Source of the DNA: Craspedostauros australis
Taxonomy: Eukaryota
NCBI GenBank assembly: GCA_030167865.1
Contig: JALAGF010000323.1
Coordinates: 1 to 64,000, forward strand
Reading direction: 5' to 3'
Length of the DNA stretch: 64,000 nucleotides
Shown: positions 25,401-35,798 of the stretch, in pieces
Layout: every line of letters starts with the position of its first letter
Numbering within the stretch: the first letter of the stretch is position 1
Notes under the pieces: generated by a model
The model's input: only the letters and a program-made list of their open reading frames with translations
What the model was told of the DNA's origin: nothing
The model's database searches: none
Translations under genes and position numbers: made by a program

Positions 25401-25800
25401 CAGGGTGAAGCCAGGCGACGTCGTCTCCACCATCTCTGGCAGCAAGTACAAGCTCGCCAAATCCACGACGTCGTACAGTCCCTACGGCAAAACGCCGGAG
25501 GTCGCAGGACGCTCTAAGACTGCGACAACCGCAGGGCGTAACGCTAATGCACCGAAACAGCGTGGTTTCAATGCAGGCACTGGTGGGATGTTTGGTGGTG
25601 GCGGCGGCGGCGACAGTGGTGGAACCATGGCCGAGCTGTCGAGATGGAAGCAGAACCGCGATGGCAGCATCACCGGCATCATCCGCAACAAGGCCGGTTT
25701 CGAGAATGGAACGAAGATCACGACGTCCCCCGTGAAGAGCGGAGCAAAGAAGGGGATGGTCATCAAGACCGCAGCAGGAAGCCGATACAAATTGATGTAA
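13462..25800 (+). CDS. Giant (~3971 aa) plastid-targeted repeat protein 'gene A': 2 I29-like domains, NPFSAWSP array, coiled coil, 2 C-terminal PyShell-like beta-fold domains; 3 exons (13462-23130, 23344-24546, 24757-25800)
   Basis: Signal peptide MKLSNAIPILLLVAPIDA-FTSWAPR (Phe at +1, diatom plastid type). Phase-0 introns 23131-23343 (GTAAGC...CAG) and 24547-24756 (GTAAGT...CAG) join three ORFs in frame. Domain motifs were read directly from the translation. Confidence 0.85.
14668..15027 (+). repeat. Coding repeat: 5x AKSL(T/S)EMQ(A/V)EAAKK
   Basis: Five near-identical helical peptide units separated by short D/K/P-rich spacers in gene A. Confidence 0.9.
15922..19752 (+). repeat. Coding tandem array: 38x NPF(S/G)AWSP motif with E/K/S/T/P-rich spacers
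   Basis: 38 consecutive units counted in the translation (period roughly 24-46 aa), plus degenerate copies downstream (NPFGSWST, FFPWSP). Confidence 0.95.
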
Positions 25801-26116
25801 AGCAATGAATGGAAGAATGGGTAGAATGGGTAGAATGGATGCACGAATGGCATACCCGAGCCACAACTGCTCCTACGAATGTGAATACACGTGAAAGGGA
25901 ATGATAAGATGTAGAGTATTTACGTAGGAGTAGTTGGCGAAACCCAATAAGTTACAGGCGTGCATGACGGTCCTCTGTTGCTTTGATTACTGCAGTTGCG
26001 GCGCGAAGCGGGTAGCGGTAGATCGTAGGCGAATTCTTGATTTGACATCATAGTATGCTATTCACGAATAGTGTATGACTCGACTGAATGGACTAAGGTG
26101 TCAACGTACGACAACA

Positions 26117-26604
26117 TGACGTCATTGATGAGATCGCCAAAAGATGTTGCTGACAACGCAGTTCGCCTGGCGATTGCTTGGCTTTGTTTGCGCGTTGTTT
26201 CGCGTCGTTGATTGGAGGAGAGATAGCGGCACCCATCACGAAACTGCCCGCCCGATTCCGAATGACGTCAACGATCGCACGTGTTTGGCAACAATCAGGT
26301 CTTGCTCTCTCCTTTTTGTGTTGGGTTGCATCGTGTGTTGCGCGTTGTGTTGTGTCGTGTTGTGTCGTGTTGATTTGCTTTGATTTGGCACAAACGTACT
26401 CGCACCATCCACCAGATCCAGGCGCAAAGAGAGACAGATCATCGCAACTCAGACAACAGAGAACGCCACTCTGGATCCTCGACTTCAAATCAAATCAAAT
26501 CAAATCAATTGAACCCGATCCAATTGTCGAGAGCGTGAAGTCACCAAGGTTACCATACAAACAAGCCAACTCAGCTCATCAGTCGGACATCCAGTTAGAC
26601 GTCA
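26117..26604 (+). promoter_or_regulatory. Two perfect TGACGTCA palindromes plus ACGTCA upstream of gene B (CRE/CCRE-like)
   Basis: TGACGTCA at 26117-26124 and 26263-26270, ACGTCA at 26599-26604; all within 640 bp of the ATG at 26754. Confidence 0.5.
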
Positions 26605-26753
26605 CTCTGGCGACATTGCTGAACTCTCCGGAGGGACATTCATCAAAGCCTCAAAAGACAGAAGACTGACCACCCCAACACCCACCAACGATCTCTGGCT
26701 CAACACAACGTGACCATCATTCATTCGTTCACCGACAGCGAGGTGAAAGCAAC

Positions 26754-29700
26754 ATGAAGGTTCTGGGCAGCGCAGTCAGCACATGGCTGCTCCTGGCGTC
26801 CGCATCGGCAGTCGCCAACGGTTCCTCTTCGTCCAACATCGCAGCCTTCGCACCTGCGAGGATCCAACGATCGAGACATGCAGCGCAAACGCCATTGGTC
26901 GTCCTACCAATGGCCGCCACAGTCGATGACCCACAGCAACAGCAGTACCTCAACAACTACAACGGCAACAACAGCAACGGCAACAACAGCAACGGCAACA
27001 ACAGCATTGACGATGCTGTCATCCGCGCAGCCTACGATCAATGGAGGCAGGAATATGGCAAGGCCGAATTCAACGCCGATCGTTACGAGCAGTTCAAGAT
27101 CAATCATCTGGCGTTGGCGGAGAAGAATGTAGAGATGCAACAGCAGGCCATGAAGGGTGGCAGGCCCGTGCCGGCTGACATGACGTTGAACGAGTACGGC
27201 GACTATTCCCTGGAGGAATACCAAGCCTTGCTCAATGGCGATCGGTTGCACAAGCGGACTCTGCCCGTCATGTCAAATGACAAGTTGGTGAGTTCGCATG
27301 GTGCTGTCTGCGTGGAGCACGCCATTTGTTCAATTGCTCGCTGAGGTGTTGATGGCTGTGACCTGAAGGAATTGAAGGCTTGTCACGATGTTGATGATGA
27401 CGATGGTCTCAATAGAGTCAATGCGTTCAAATGCAGCGCAGTGCGGCGCACTTGAAGTTGTTAGTGTGATGACATGCTACGCTCCCCTGTTCTCACCTCT
27501 GATGTCCTTGGACCATCACTCCATGCACGAACCACCAATGCATGCCCGTTCTTATCACCTCAACACGATCACCCTGTTTCACGCGTTTGCAGGCTCTCGC
27601 AAACCGACTTGGTATCGACAGCATCGATGAGCTGGAAGTCACGCTCGCTGCCTTCGAGTCGCCCATCGATCTCTCCAACGGCGTGCTGGACCCCGCTACG
27701 GTTGAGCGAGAATCCTTGGTGCGCGCCTACTACAGTGAGGCACGTGTGGCCTACATGGCCTGGTGCCAAAAGTACGAGAAGGAGCAAGACCCTATCCGCT
27801 TTTCCACCTTCGCCTCCAACTTTGCCGCCATGAAGGACTTCGCGCTCAAGAATGGCAAGCAGGTTCAGTTGAATCAGTACGCCGATTTTACCCAGCAGGA
27901 GTACCAGCAGCTCATCCAGAGTGAGATCGAACGCGTCCATGAGCAAGTCGCGGACCGTCGTGTGAAGCATGCGCAAACGGCCGGAACCTGGATCATTCCG
28001 GAAGATGCGGCATCTCGTGCCACCACTCAAGTTGCCACGGAGGTCACGCCAGCCACGACAACAGCTGCAGTCAATGGTAGCGGTTCTGGAATGCAATCCT
28101 ACGTCGATTCTCTCAATGGAGCGACAGCGGCGACTCCGATTGAGCCAGAAGAACCGGTTTTCGAGGAGGCACAGGCTGCCAGCATCAACGGTGCCAATGA
28201 CGCTGCGCCTGCCCAATCTGCAATCACCACAACATCTTACCTTGACAACCTGTCCTTGAACACCATCGCGGACGATACGGAGCAACCACCATCGTCGTCG
28301 TCAGGTACGGGCAGTTACTTGGACTCTCTGGCTGCCGCGCCCCAACCCAATGAACCGGATAGCGCAGGACGCTCAACGCAGCTGGTAGACGATCTGCCAC
28401 CATCGGGCAGCGATGGATCTGCCCAGGATGCTTACGGACGCCCCGTTGTTGCGGCGCAACCAATGCAAGGAACGCAGGTCGTCCGAATGGGTGGCAACAG
28501 CCCGCCTGTTCGTGGCACTCAGGTCATTCAGCGGGCCGGTTCTGTGGCAGGCACGCAAGTGATCCAGAGTGCATCTGCTGTGGATCCGCAACCGCGGGGT
28601 ACGCAGGTCATTCAACGTGCGAGCGACCAACAGCGACCTGTGCAAGGGACCCAAGTAATCCAACGGGCGAGTGATCAACAGCAGCCACCGATCCGAGGAA
28701 CCCAGGTCATCCAGAGAGCATCCACCACACATCAACAACCGCGGGTGCAAGGGACTCAAGTTATCCAACGGGCGAGTGATCAGCAGCAACCGCCAGTGCG
28801 GGGAACCCAAGTTATTCAACGCGCAAGTGATCAGCAGCAGCCACCTATGCAAGGTACGCAAGTCATCCAGCGGGCAGCTCCTGCAAACCAACAGGCACCA
28901 GTCCAGGGCGCCCAGGTCATCCAACGTGCAAGTGATGCCACTGGCTCTGTCGAGGCCAACGCACCTGCCTTGGTTGAGGATGAGACCGCGCGCAAAACGG
29001 CTCTCATCGAAGACACAACCGCTCCTACCACGACCACAACTGGCAACGACAATGCCGGTGATACCGCCACAGAAAAGAAGACTCTCCTGATTCCTGATGC
29101 ACCTGAATCCGACGGCAATCCGCCACCGTTCAACTACGACGGGCCAGCCCGATCTACGGTCGTCATCACGAAGGAGCAGCAACAACAGCTTCAACAGGAG
29201 CAGCAACAACAACAACAACCAAAGCCAGAATCCACGGGCAACCCATTCGCGTTCTTGCAATCTATCACCAAGGAGGCCGCATCGCTCCTAGGAGCATCTT
29301 CTCCGAACAAGCCAGAGGAGTACAACGTCTCCAATCCAGCACCACGCGGAACCATCGTCATTCAGAAGGGCACTCCCCGTGCACAGACACCTGCGCGAGG
29401 CACCGTCGTGATTCAGAAGAACGGTGGGCGTGTCCAATCAGAGTCCAGTGCTGCTGCGGCTTCTACTGCTGTCCCTGCCACAAATGATAGACCCACCCAA
29501 GTCATTCGACCCAACACCGCTGCGCCTCCACAGACGAATGAAAATGTTCGTGGAACCGTGGTCATCAAAAAGAACACCAACGCTCCAGGGCAAGTCCCAA
29601 TGGGCACCCAAGTGATCCAACGAGCGCCGCAAGGACACGCAGCGGAGGACAAGAAGTCGTTGCCCCCAAAGTGGGACTTCCTCGGTTCATCCACAACCGA

Positions 29701-31014
29701 TCAACCACCAGCTCCACAAGGCACAATCGTCTTGCAACGCAGAAGCGATGCAGCCGCCGCGGCCACCAACGACGGCAAACCAAGCATCATGTCCTTCTTC
29801 GGTGGCATGAAGCGTGATACCAACCCCAGAACCGTGCGGGGTACCATCACGCTTCAAAAGGAAACCAAGCGGTCACCGCTCTCCTTGTTCGGTGGTGGCA
29901 AGGCCGCATCGAAGGATCCCATTGTTCGCAAGACGTTGGTGATCAACAGCAACTCCAAGAAATCTTCCATCTTTGATTTCCTTGGCGGTGCCACGAAGCG
30001 ACAACCTCAAGCTGCCGCGACCTCTGCGAAAGCGGACGGTGACAAGAAGATCACCATCGTGATCAAGAAGAACGATGAGAACTTTTTGAATGTCGCGTAT
30101 TCCTTGATTGCTGGTGGTGTGCGATCACCAGAATCGGTGTCCCGTTCCATCAAGTTGCCCAAGAAGTCGGTGAGTTATGACTTATTTGATGAATGAGAAA
30201 GAAGATGACTGTGCCATTGATGCCGTGCTGTGTTGTGCTGCATTGTGTTTGCTTGCTTGATTGATTGTTGGTTTGTTCTATGATGCGTTTACGCCGCATC
30301 CTCACCATTTTTCTCATTCTGTGCCGTCGTGCTCTGCTTGTTCTGGATGCATCTGGTCTATTCACAATTACATTGACACTGCCCTATGTGACCAAACCAC
30401 ACAATACAATACTATACTCCACAATGGACAACCATCAGCGCTCTGAAAAGGAGCAGATCGAAAACCAGGTCGCTCGTGCCCGCGCCAAGCACTTAGAACG
30501 CAAACAGAAACGCCTTGAGACTGAGGCCAGACAGGCTGAATCGTTGCGCAAGGCAATGGAAGAAAAGGCCGAAGCCGCACGCAAGAAGGCATCCAAGTTG
30601 AAGAAGGGCGATGAGGATAGCGCACCCGCGTTTTCCTTTCTGAACAACCTCATGGGACAATCGGAAGAGAGCATGGCATCATCCACCACGACGCAAAAGC
30701 CAAAGAAGACGCCAGTTCCGCCCACCCAGAAGGCACCCATTCACAACGAAGAAAAGCCCAAGTCGTACGCGTTCTGGAACAAGGACACCCCAAAGACCGA
30801 CACCAAGAAGAGCAAACCGGCCGTGGATACAAGCAACATGCCCACCTTGCGCCGATGGAAGCAGAATGCCGACGGTTCCGTGACAGGCCTGATCCGCAAC
30901 TCCAAGAACTTTGCCAACAACACCAAGGTGACGACGTCCCCTCTTCCCCGAAATGCCACCGCGCAGAAAGGCGTGATCAAAACTGTGACCGGCTCGCAGT
31001 ACCGATTGATGTAA
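26754..31014 (+). CDS. Plastid-targeted repeat protein 'gene B' (~1228 aa), architectural paralogue of gene A: 2 I29-like domains, SYLDSL and GTQVIQRA repeats, 1 C-terminal PyShell-like domain; 3 exons (26754-27287, 27593-30169, 30439-31014)
   Basis: Signal peptide followed by 'IAA-FAPARIQR' (ASAFAP-like). Phase-0 introns 27288-27592 (GTGAGT...CAG) and 30170-30438 (GTGAGT...CAG) join three ORFs in frame. C-terminus 'PTLRRWKQNADGSVTGLIRNSKNF...VTTSPL...TVTGSQYRLM' aligns by eye to the two terminal domains of gene A. Confidence 0.85.
28466..28930 (+). repeat. Coding tandem repeat: 10x (R/Q)GTQVIQRA
   Basis: Ten units with Q/P-rich spacers; about a dozen further degenerate R/K-x-T-phi-phi-phi copies continue to ~30160. 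Confidence 0.92.
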
Positions 31015-31436
31015 AGCAGACAGCCAGCGATGCAGTTTTGCTTTTGGGGGCGTGCCAAGCAGCAGAGAGCTGGATGTAATCGCAAAAACAACTACCAATA
31101 CATATATACTCCACAAAACGTAATGCGACACCACGTTATGTTTCAACATGACAACGTAGAGTAGTGTGTAGCATAGGATCATGTCTGCCGGACGAAGTGT
31201 CCTGACTGTGAGCAGTGTTGGCCCAGTTGGGCTCCTCCGCACAGGATGATTCTTGGTGCCCGATCTTCTCCAACGGATCAAACTGAAGCTCGTCTGGATG
31301 CCTTACGCACTACCTTCAGCCGGCGGCGGCATGCGCAAGTAGGTTTGTACGCAGAATATGAATGTATGTATGTATGATATGTGGTCTGTGTAGTATGGAG
31401 TATTTAGAATAAGTGTATGTATTGTAAAGTTTTTGT

Positions 31437-33935
31437 TTACTTTGATTTTTCGGAGATGCTGGTCTTGCGGGCCATGGGGAGCTTCATCTTGGACTTTCTG
31501 GGCCCCTTGGATTCCGCGGAGGAATGGTGTGATGTGGTGGAAGTCTCCATTGGCGTGGCATCGTTTGCGGTTGCGTCCATGACGGGTGATGCTGATGGCG
31601 ATGTCTGCGTTGCGTCCTTGCCGATGGCTGTGTTGGACACCGCGGAGGCCGGTTTGACCGGGCGCGCAGTGACCGCGCGGCGTCCCTTGCCTCTGTTGGA
31701 GACAGGGAAGGCACGGCGGAAGCCAGCAGCTGGCACGTTGGCAGGCGATCGCATGGCGGCATCACGGGTGCTTGCTGGCAGACGCATGGCACCGCGTCCT
31801 GATCGCACTCTGGGTGCGACGTACTGCGGTGCGTGGCGCATGATGTTGTCCGGCGCGTGCTGTGCCATCGGGTGGTGGAGTTGGTAGGGGTGTTCGGCGT
31901 ACGTCTGTGGCACGTATGTGACAGGTGGGCGGACGACATCGCTGTAGTAGGCTCTGCCGTAGGCGTCGACGGTGGTGTACTCCAGCGGGCGTACCATCCA
32001 GCCTGCTGTCATCGGCGCAGCTCTGTTCATGGGACTGGTCTCAACGACGTTGGTGGGCTCGTCGTACCGCGTGCGCTTTGGCTGCGGCGGCATGGAGGAT
32101 GGTGCTGGACGGCCACCGACTCCCAGCGAGGGCACCTGGAGGCTGGAACGATCGGCACCCTTCGGTCTGGGTGGGGAGACCGCCTTTGGCCGTGGGCTCT
32201 CTTCGCTGGCAGAGAATCGCATCTTGCTGCACAGCTTGAGTGCTCCGCGGATGAAGAGCTGTGAGAGTGGAGTAGATAAGAGTGGAGTAGAGTGAAGTCG
32301 AGTGTTCATGTTGGAGTGGATGGAGTGGATGTGTGAGAATAATGATCGTGGAAAGGAGACGGAGCAGCCACGCAAGTACCAATCCAATGCAGCAAAGTAG
32401 CAAAGTAGCAAGGATGCAAATGGAGCTGAGGGACTTACACCATGCTTGTAGGCACCGGCATCCGGACCGCTCTTGACTTCCTCAAAGCCCCAGGCATCGA
32501 GGTGCCAAAGGAAGGCGTCGATGGTACCGCATCCCCGGCCGTTCTCATCGCGCAGATCCGCAAAGCAACGCGGCAGGACCTCTCGTCGCAGGGCATCCCA
32601 GCGCTGGATCTTCCAGGCCTCTCCATGCGGCAGCCACTGCAGGATGGTGCTGGACTCGCGATCGGAAAGGACCTGGTGCAGGACGGTGGGGAAGTGTGGA
32701 AGGACGACGGAGATGGGAGGTGCGCCGATCTCGTTGGAGCTGTGGATCTTGGCGGATGCTGGCAATGCCTGGGTGGAGCTGGTGTCGCGGGCGGTCATGG
32801 GGGATTCCTTGGAATCGTACGAATGCGTCCTCGAGGCAGAGTGCGGGTGCTGTCTGGCAGGTCGCGAGGGCGTGCTCTCCTCGGTGCTGATGGTTCTGCC
32901 GCTGCTGCTGAGGGATGCGTGCGAGACGGGGCTGACATGGCACGGTTCCGAGGATGGCTGTCCCGGTGATTTGGTGGCCGCGGCATCAGCAGGAGTCGTT
33001 GTTGCTGTTGCTGTTGTTGCTGATGTTGCTGTTGTGGATTTGGCTGGTGCAGACGATGATGGCGTTGAGGGCGATGAAGACGATGCGGAGGTGGAAGTTG
33101 GCGACTGATCCAATGGAGCAGAGGAGGAAGGGGAATCGGCCTCGGCCTGCTCGTTCTCAGAGGAGACCTCCATGCGCATGCGCTTGCGCTTCTTGAGCGG
33201 CACAGTGCCAGGAGATGCGGAGGTGCGCCTGGAGGATTCCCGGTCAGGCGTGATCGCAGCACTGACCTCGGCATTGGCAGTGTCATCGTTTCTGGAGGCC
33301 AGGGCGACCGTTTCCGGCTTGCTGGTGTGCAGAGCAGCCGAGACCATGAGGAGTGCCGAAGCTGTCTCCCGCTGGATGTCCTCGCTGTTGGTTCTCTGCG
33401 TTGTCATAGTGGCAGCAGTGCCCACAGTGCCCACAGTTCCGACAGTGCCGACAGTGGAGTCATCTCCCTCGTGTCTGCGGCTCTGCTTGGGCATGTGGCT
33501 GTGGGCATGGCCGTAGCTGTGGCTGTGAGCATGGCTGCGAGCATGACCGAGAGGCTGAGAACGAGGGTGGCCATGACTGGCGGTGGATCGATCAGAGCTG
33601 TCAGCGCTCTTCATGGGAGATGCAGGAAAGGCAGGCTGGGCGATCATGCGGTGGATGCCGGTCATGTTGGCACCAGAGGCGTTGAGCCATGCCTTGTGGG
33701 TCGCCATCGGAGTCACTGGGTTGTAGATCCTGCGATGGTGCATCATGGGGACCCCAACAGTCTGCAGTGCTGGGTTCTGAGGCAGCTGAGAGGGGTACAT
33801 GGACTGTGCCATGGACTGTGCCATCGATTGCATAGACTGCATGGACGGCATTGCGCTGCTCTGGCTGCTGGAAGCGGTGTTTGGGCCTGCTGGGGAAGCA
33901 GCTCCTGCTGCGGTTCCTTCGTTTCTGTGTGGCAT
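31437..33935 (-). CDS. HSF-type DNA-binding domain protein (divergent heat-shock-factor family); 2 exons (33935-32439, 32258-31437)
   Basis: 'FPTVLHQVLSD...ILQWLPHGEAWKI...VLPRCF...AFLWHLDAWGF...GAYKHG|LFIRG..KLCSKM' is an HSF domain once the 180-nt intron 32259-32438 (GTAAGT...CAG) is removed. 'VPLKKRKR' is a likely NLS. Confidence 0.85.
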   Translation of the reverse strand: MPHRNEGTAAGAASPAGPNTASSSQSSAMPSMQSMQSMAQSMAQSMYPSQLPQNPALQTVGVPMMHHRRIYNPVTPMATHKAWLNASGANMTGIHRMIAQPAFPASPMKSADSSDRSTASHGHPRSQPLGHARSHAHSHSYGHAHSHMPKQSRRHEGDDSTVGTVGTVGTVGTAATMTTQRTNSEDIQRETASALLMVSAALHTSKPETVALASRNDDTANAEVSAAITPDRESSRRTSASPGTVPLKKRKRMRMEVSSENEQAEADSPSSSAPLDQSPTSTSASSSSPSTPSSSAPAKSTTATSATTATATTTPADAAATKSPGQPSSEPCHVSPVSHASLSSSGRTISTEESTPSRPARQHPHSASRTHSYDSKESPMTARDTSSTQALPASAKIHSSNEIGAPPISVVLPHFPTVLHQVLSDRESSTILQWLPHGEAWKIQRWDALRREVLPRCFADLRDENGRGCGTIDAFLWHLDAWGFEEVKSGPDAGAYKHGVSPSAPFASLLLCYFAALDWYLRGCSVSFPRSLFSHIHSIHSNMNTRLHSTPLLSTPLSQLFIRGALKLCSKMRFSASEESPRPKAVSPPRPKGADRSSLQVPSLGVGGRPAPSSMPPQPKRTRYDEPTNVVETSPMNRAAPMTAGWMVRPLEYTTVDAYGRAYYSDVVRPPVTYVPQTYAEHPYQLHHPMAQHAPDNIMRHAPQYVAPRVRSGRGAMRLPASTRDAAMRSPANVPAAGFRRAFPVSNRGKGRRAVTARPVKPASAVSNTAIGKDATQTSPSASPVMDATANDATPMETSTTSHHSSAESKGPRKSKMKLPMARKTSISEKSK

Positions 33936-33942
33936 GTTGTTA

Positions 33943-33982
33943 CTGTTGCTGATACTGTTGCTGATACTGTTGCTGATACTGT
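33943..33982. repeat. 12-bp minisatellite (gatactgttgct)n just 5' of the HSF start codon
   Basis: actgttgct gatactgttgct gatactgttgct gatactg. Confidence 0.7.
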
Positions 33983-35798
33983 GGCGAATGCTGTCAACGT
34001 CAGAGGATGGAGCGAGTCGAGGTAGGTCTTGGTGGATTGTGACGGTGGATTGTGACAGCTGATGATGAGGATGTTGTTGATGAGGATGATGGCGCTCTTT
34101 TGTGTGAATTTGGATAACGAAAGCACGGATGCTGAGATGTGGGAGATTGTTGCGGTGGTCGGATGGAGGAATGGCAGAGCACTCGGAGAGCAGAGAATAG
34201 TATCGTAGAATACTATGCTATGGCAGACTATGACACAGAGTAAGAGCAGTAAATGTGTGTGTGTGACCTGTGTCTTGTGAATGAAGATCGATGCGGACTG
34301 TACGAGTGATGCAATGTTGCTGATTGTCTGTTGCCAATTGTCTGTTGTGGAAGGACGGAGTCTGGAAGAGGCTCCTTCTCGCTGCGATTGACACTGCACG
34401 GGCTGATCTTGTCCACTGTCCCACTCCACCAATACCGTCCCCTGATCTGATCTTGTCTGCGATCTCCTGCTTTGGTTGGCTTTTGTATCCGGTGGGTTTT
34501 GTCTCCCTCCATCCAATTCCTCTTTCCACTCTTCGCACACCAGATCAACGTCTCCATTTTTTATTTTTTTTCCTCTTTTCTGCCTCCGCACGCACCCACA
34601 TCATCACCCAATCGTTTCCTGAATCGTGTGGTGGCCTCACGGCGCTGGAGGCAAAGCGCACCAGAACGGAAACGCAAACGGCATCAACATCGTCTCAACG
34701 GACGCATTTCGTAAGTGTTAACGCGCCGGCATCCATTTACTTAACAACGATCGAAACCGTTCAGCCAGTTGCCCAGCAACCAGTCCTGTCGTTGAACGGC
34801 TTGGAAGCCCTGTCACACATGCTGTTGAAACAGACTCGATCATTAAAAAATATTCGCAACCAAGTATCACACATAAGCGCCTACCGATGCTCCCAACAAG
34901 ATCGTGCCTCCACACCATCTCCAAAGGAGCAACGGCTAGATTTCCATCAGACTAAAAAACTATCCGTGAGCCGTTGTGCGTTGAAACAAATTTTTGGTGT
35001 TCGCGATGCATTGCGCTTGCAACGTTCCACATCACCGTTGTCGTCACCGTTCGCTGTCGCCGTTCATTGGTCTTCAATCAGAACCCTCTTTGCAAACAAG
35101 AGCCGTTGCCACCCTCGACATCACGTCTCGCTGTCTCCCTGCCTCGCCTCGTGTCCGTGTCATCACTGGGTTGCGCCAACAAAAGGGGAACGGAATAACA
35201 GTCTTGTTATCCTTGTGAGAATCGGCGTCCAATGCACGCTCACATTCGTGTTGCACGCACGTTCATCTGTCTGTTCAGCCCATCCGTTCCCGCAACCATC
35301 ATTGCAATCGCATCCACAACGTCGATCACATTCTTCCTCGCAGCCGCTTTGCATCACTGACCTGCATTCAGCGTCACATGCCAATGCATCGATCACCGCA
35401 ACAGATCCTCTTTGTGCATCCGTTCAAATTCAAGACAAGACATGGAGGATGTCTAATCCTTTCTTGTCAACGATCTGGGTGTCCTCGTCTTTGCTCTGGC
35501 ACAGTCACATCTCTCTGCCCTCTCCTCTCCGGCCATCCCTCATTCTTTCCTCTCCCAACCGGGAAGTTGATCGTCTGCCTTCCCTCTTCTGCTGATGCTT
35601 GCTTCCCTTGCGCGTCACGGACGAAGAATAGTAGTAGTATTTGGTACCCACGCATACACGTATGGAATGTCTCATTCTTGCACTCCATGCAACATGGCAT
35701 GATGTCATTATTTGCAGGCGCATACTCGTGGAGTGAGCATTGTGCTCATGCCGAAAGACTACAGTTCGTTGTGCGATCGTCTCTCATCGTCACCAAAA

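Noticed and set aside
33743-35595. ORFs of 282 aa (-) and 423 aa (+) upstream of the HSF gene
   Set aside because: Low-complexity UTR/promoter-like sequence with no domain signal.
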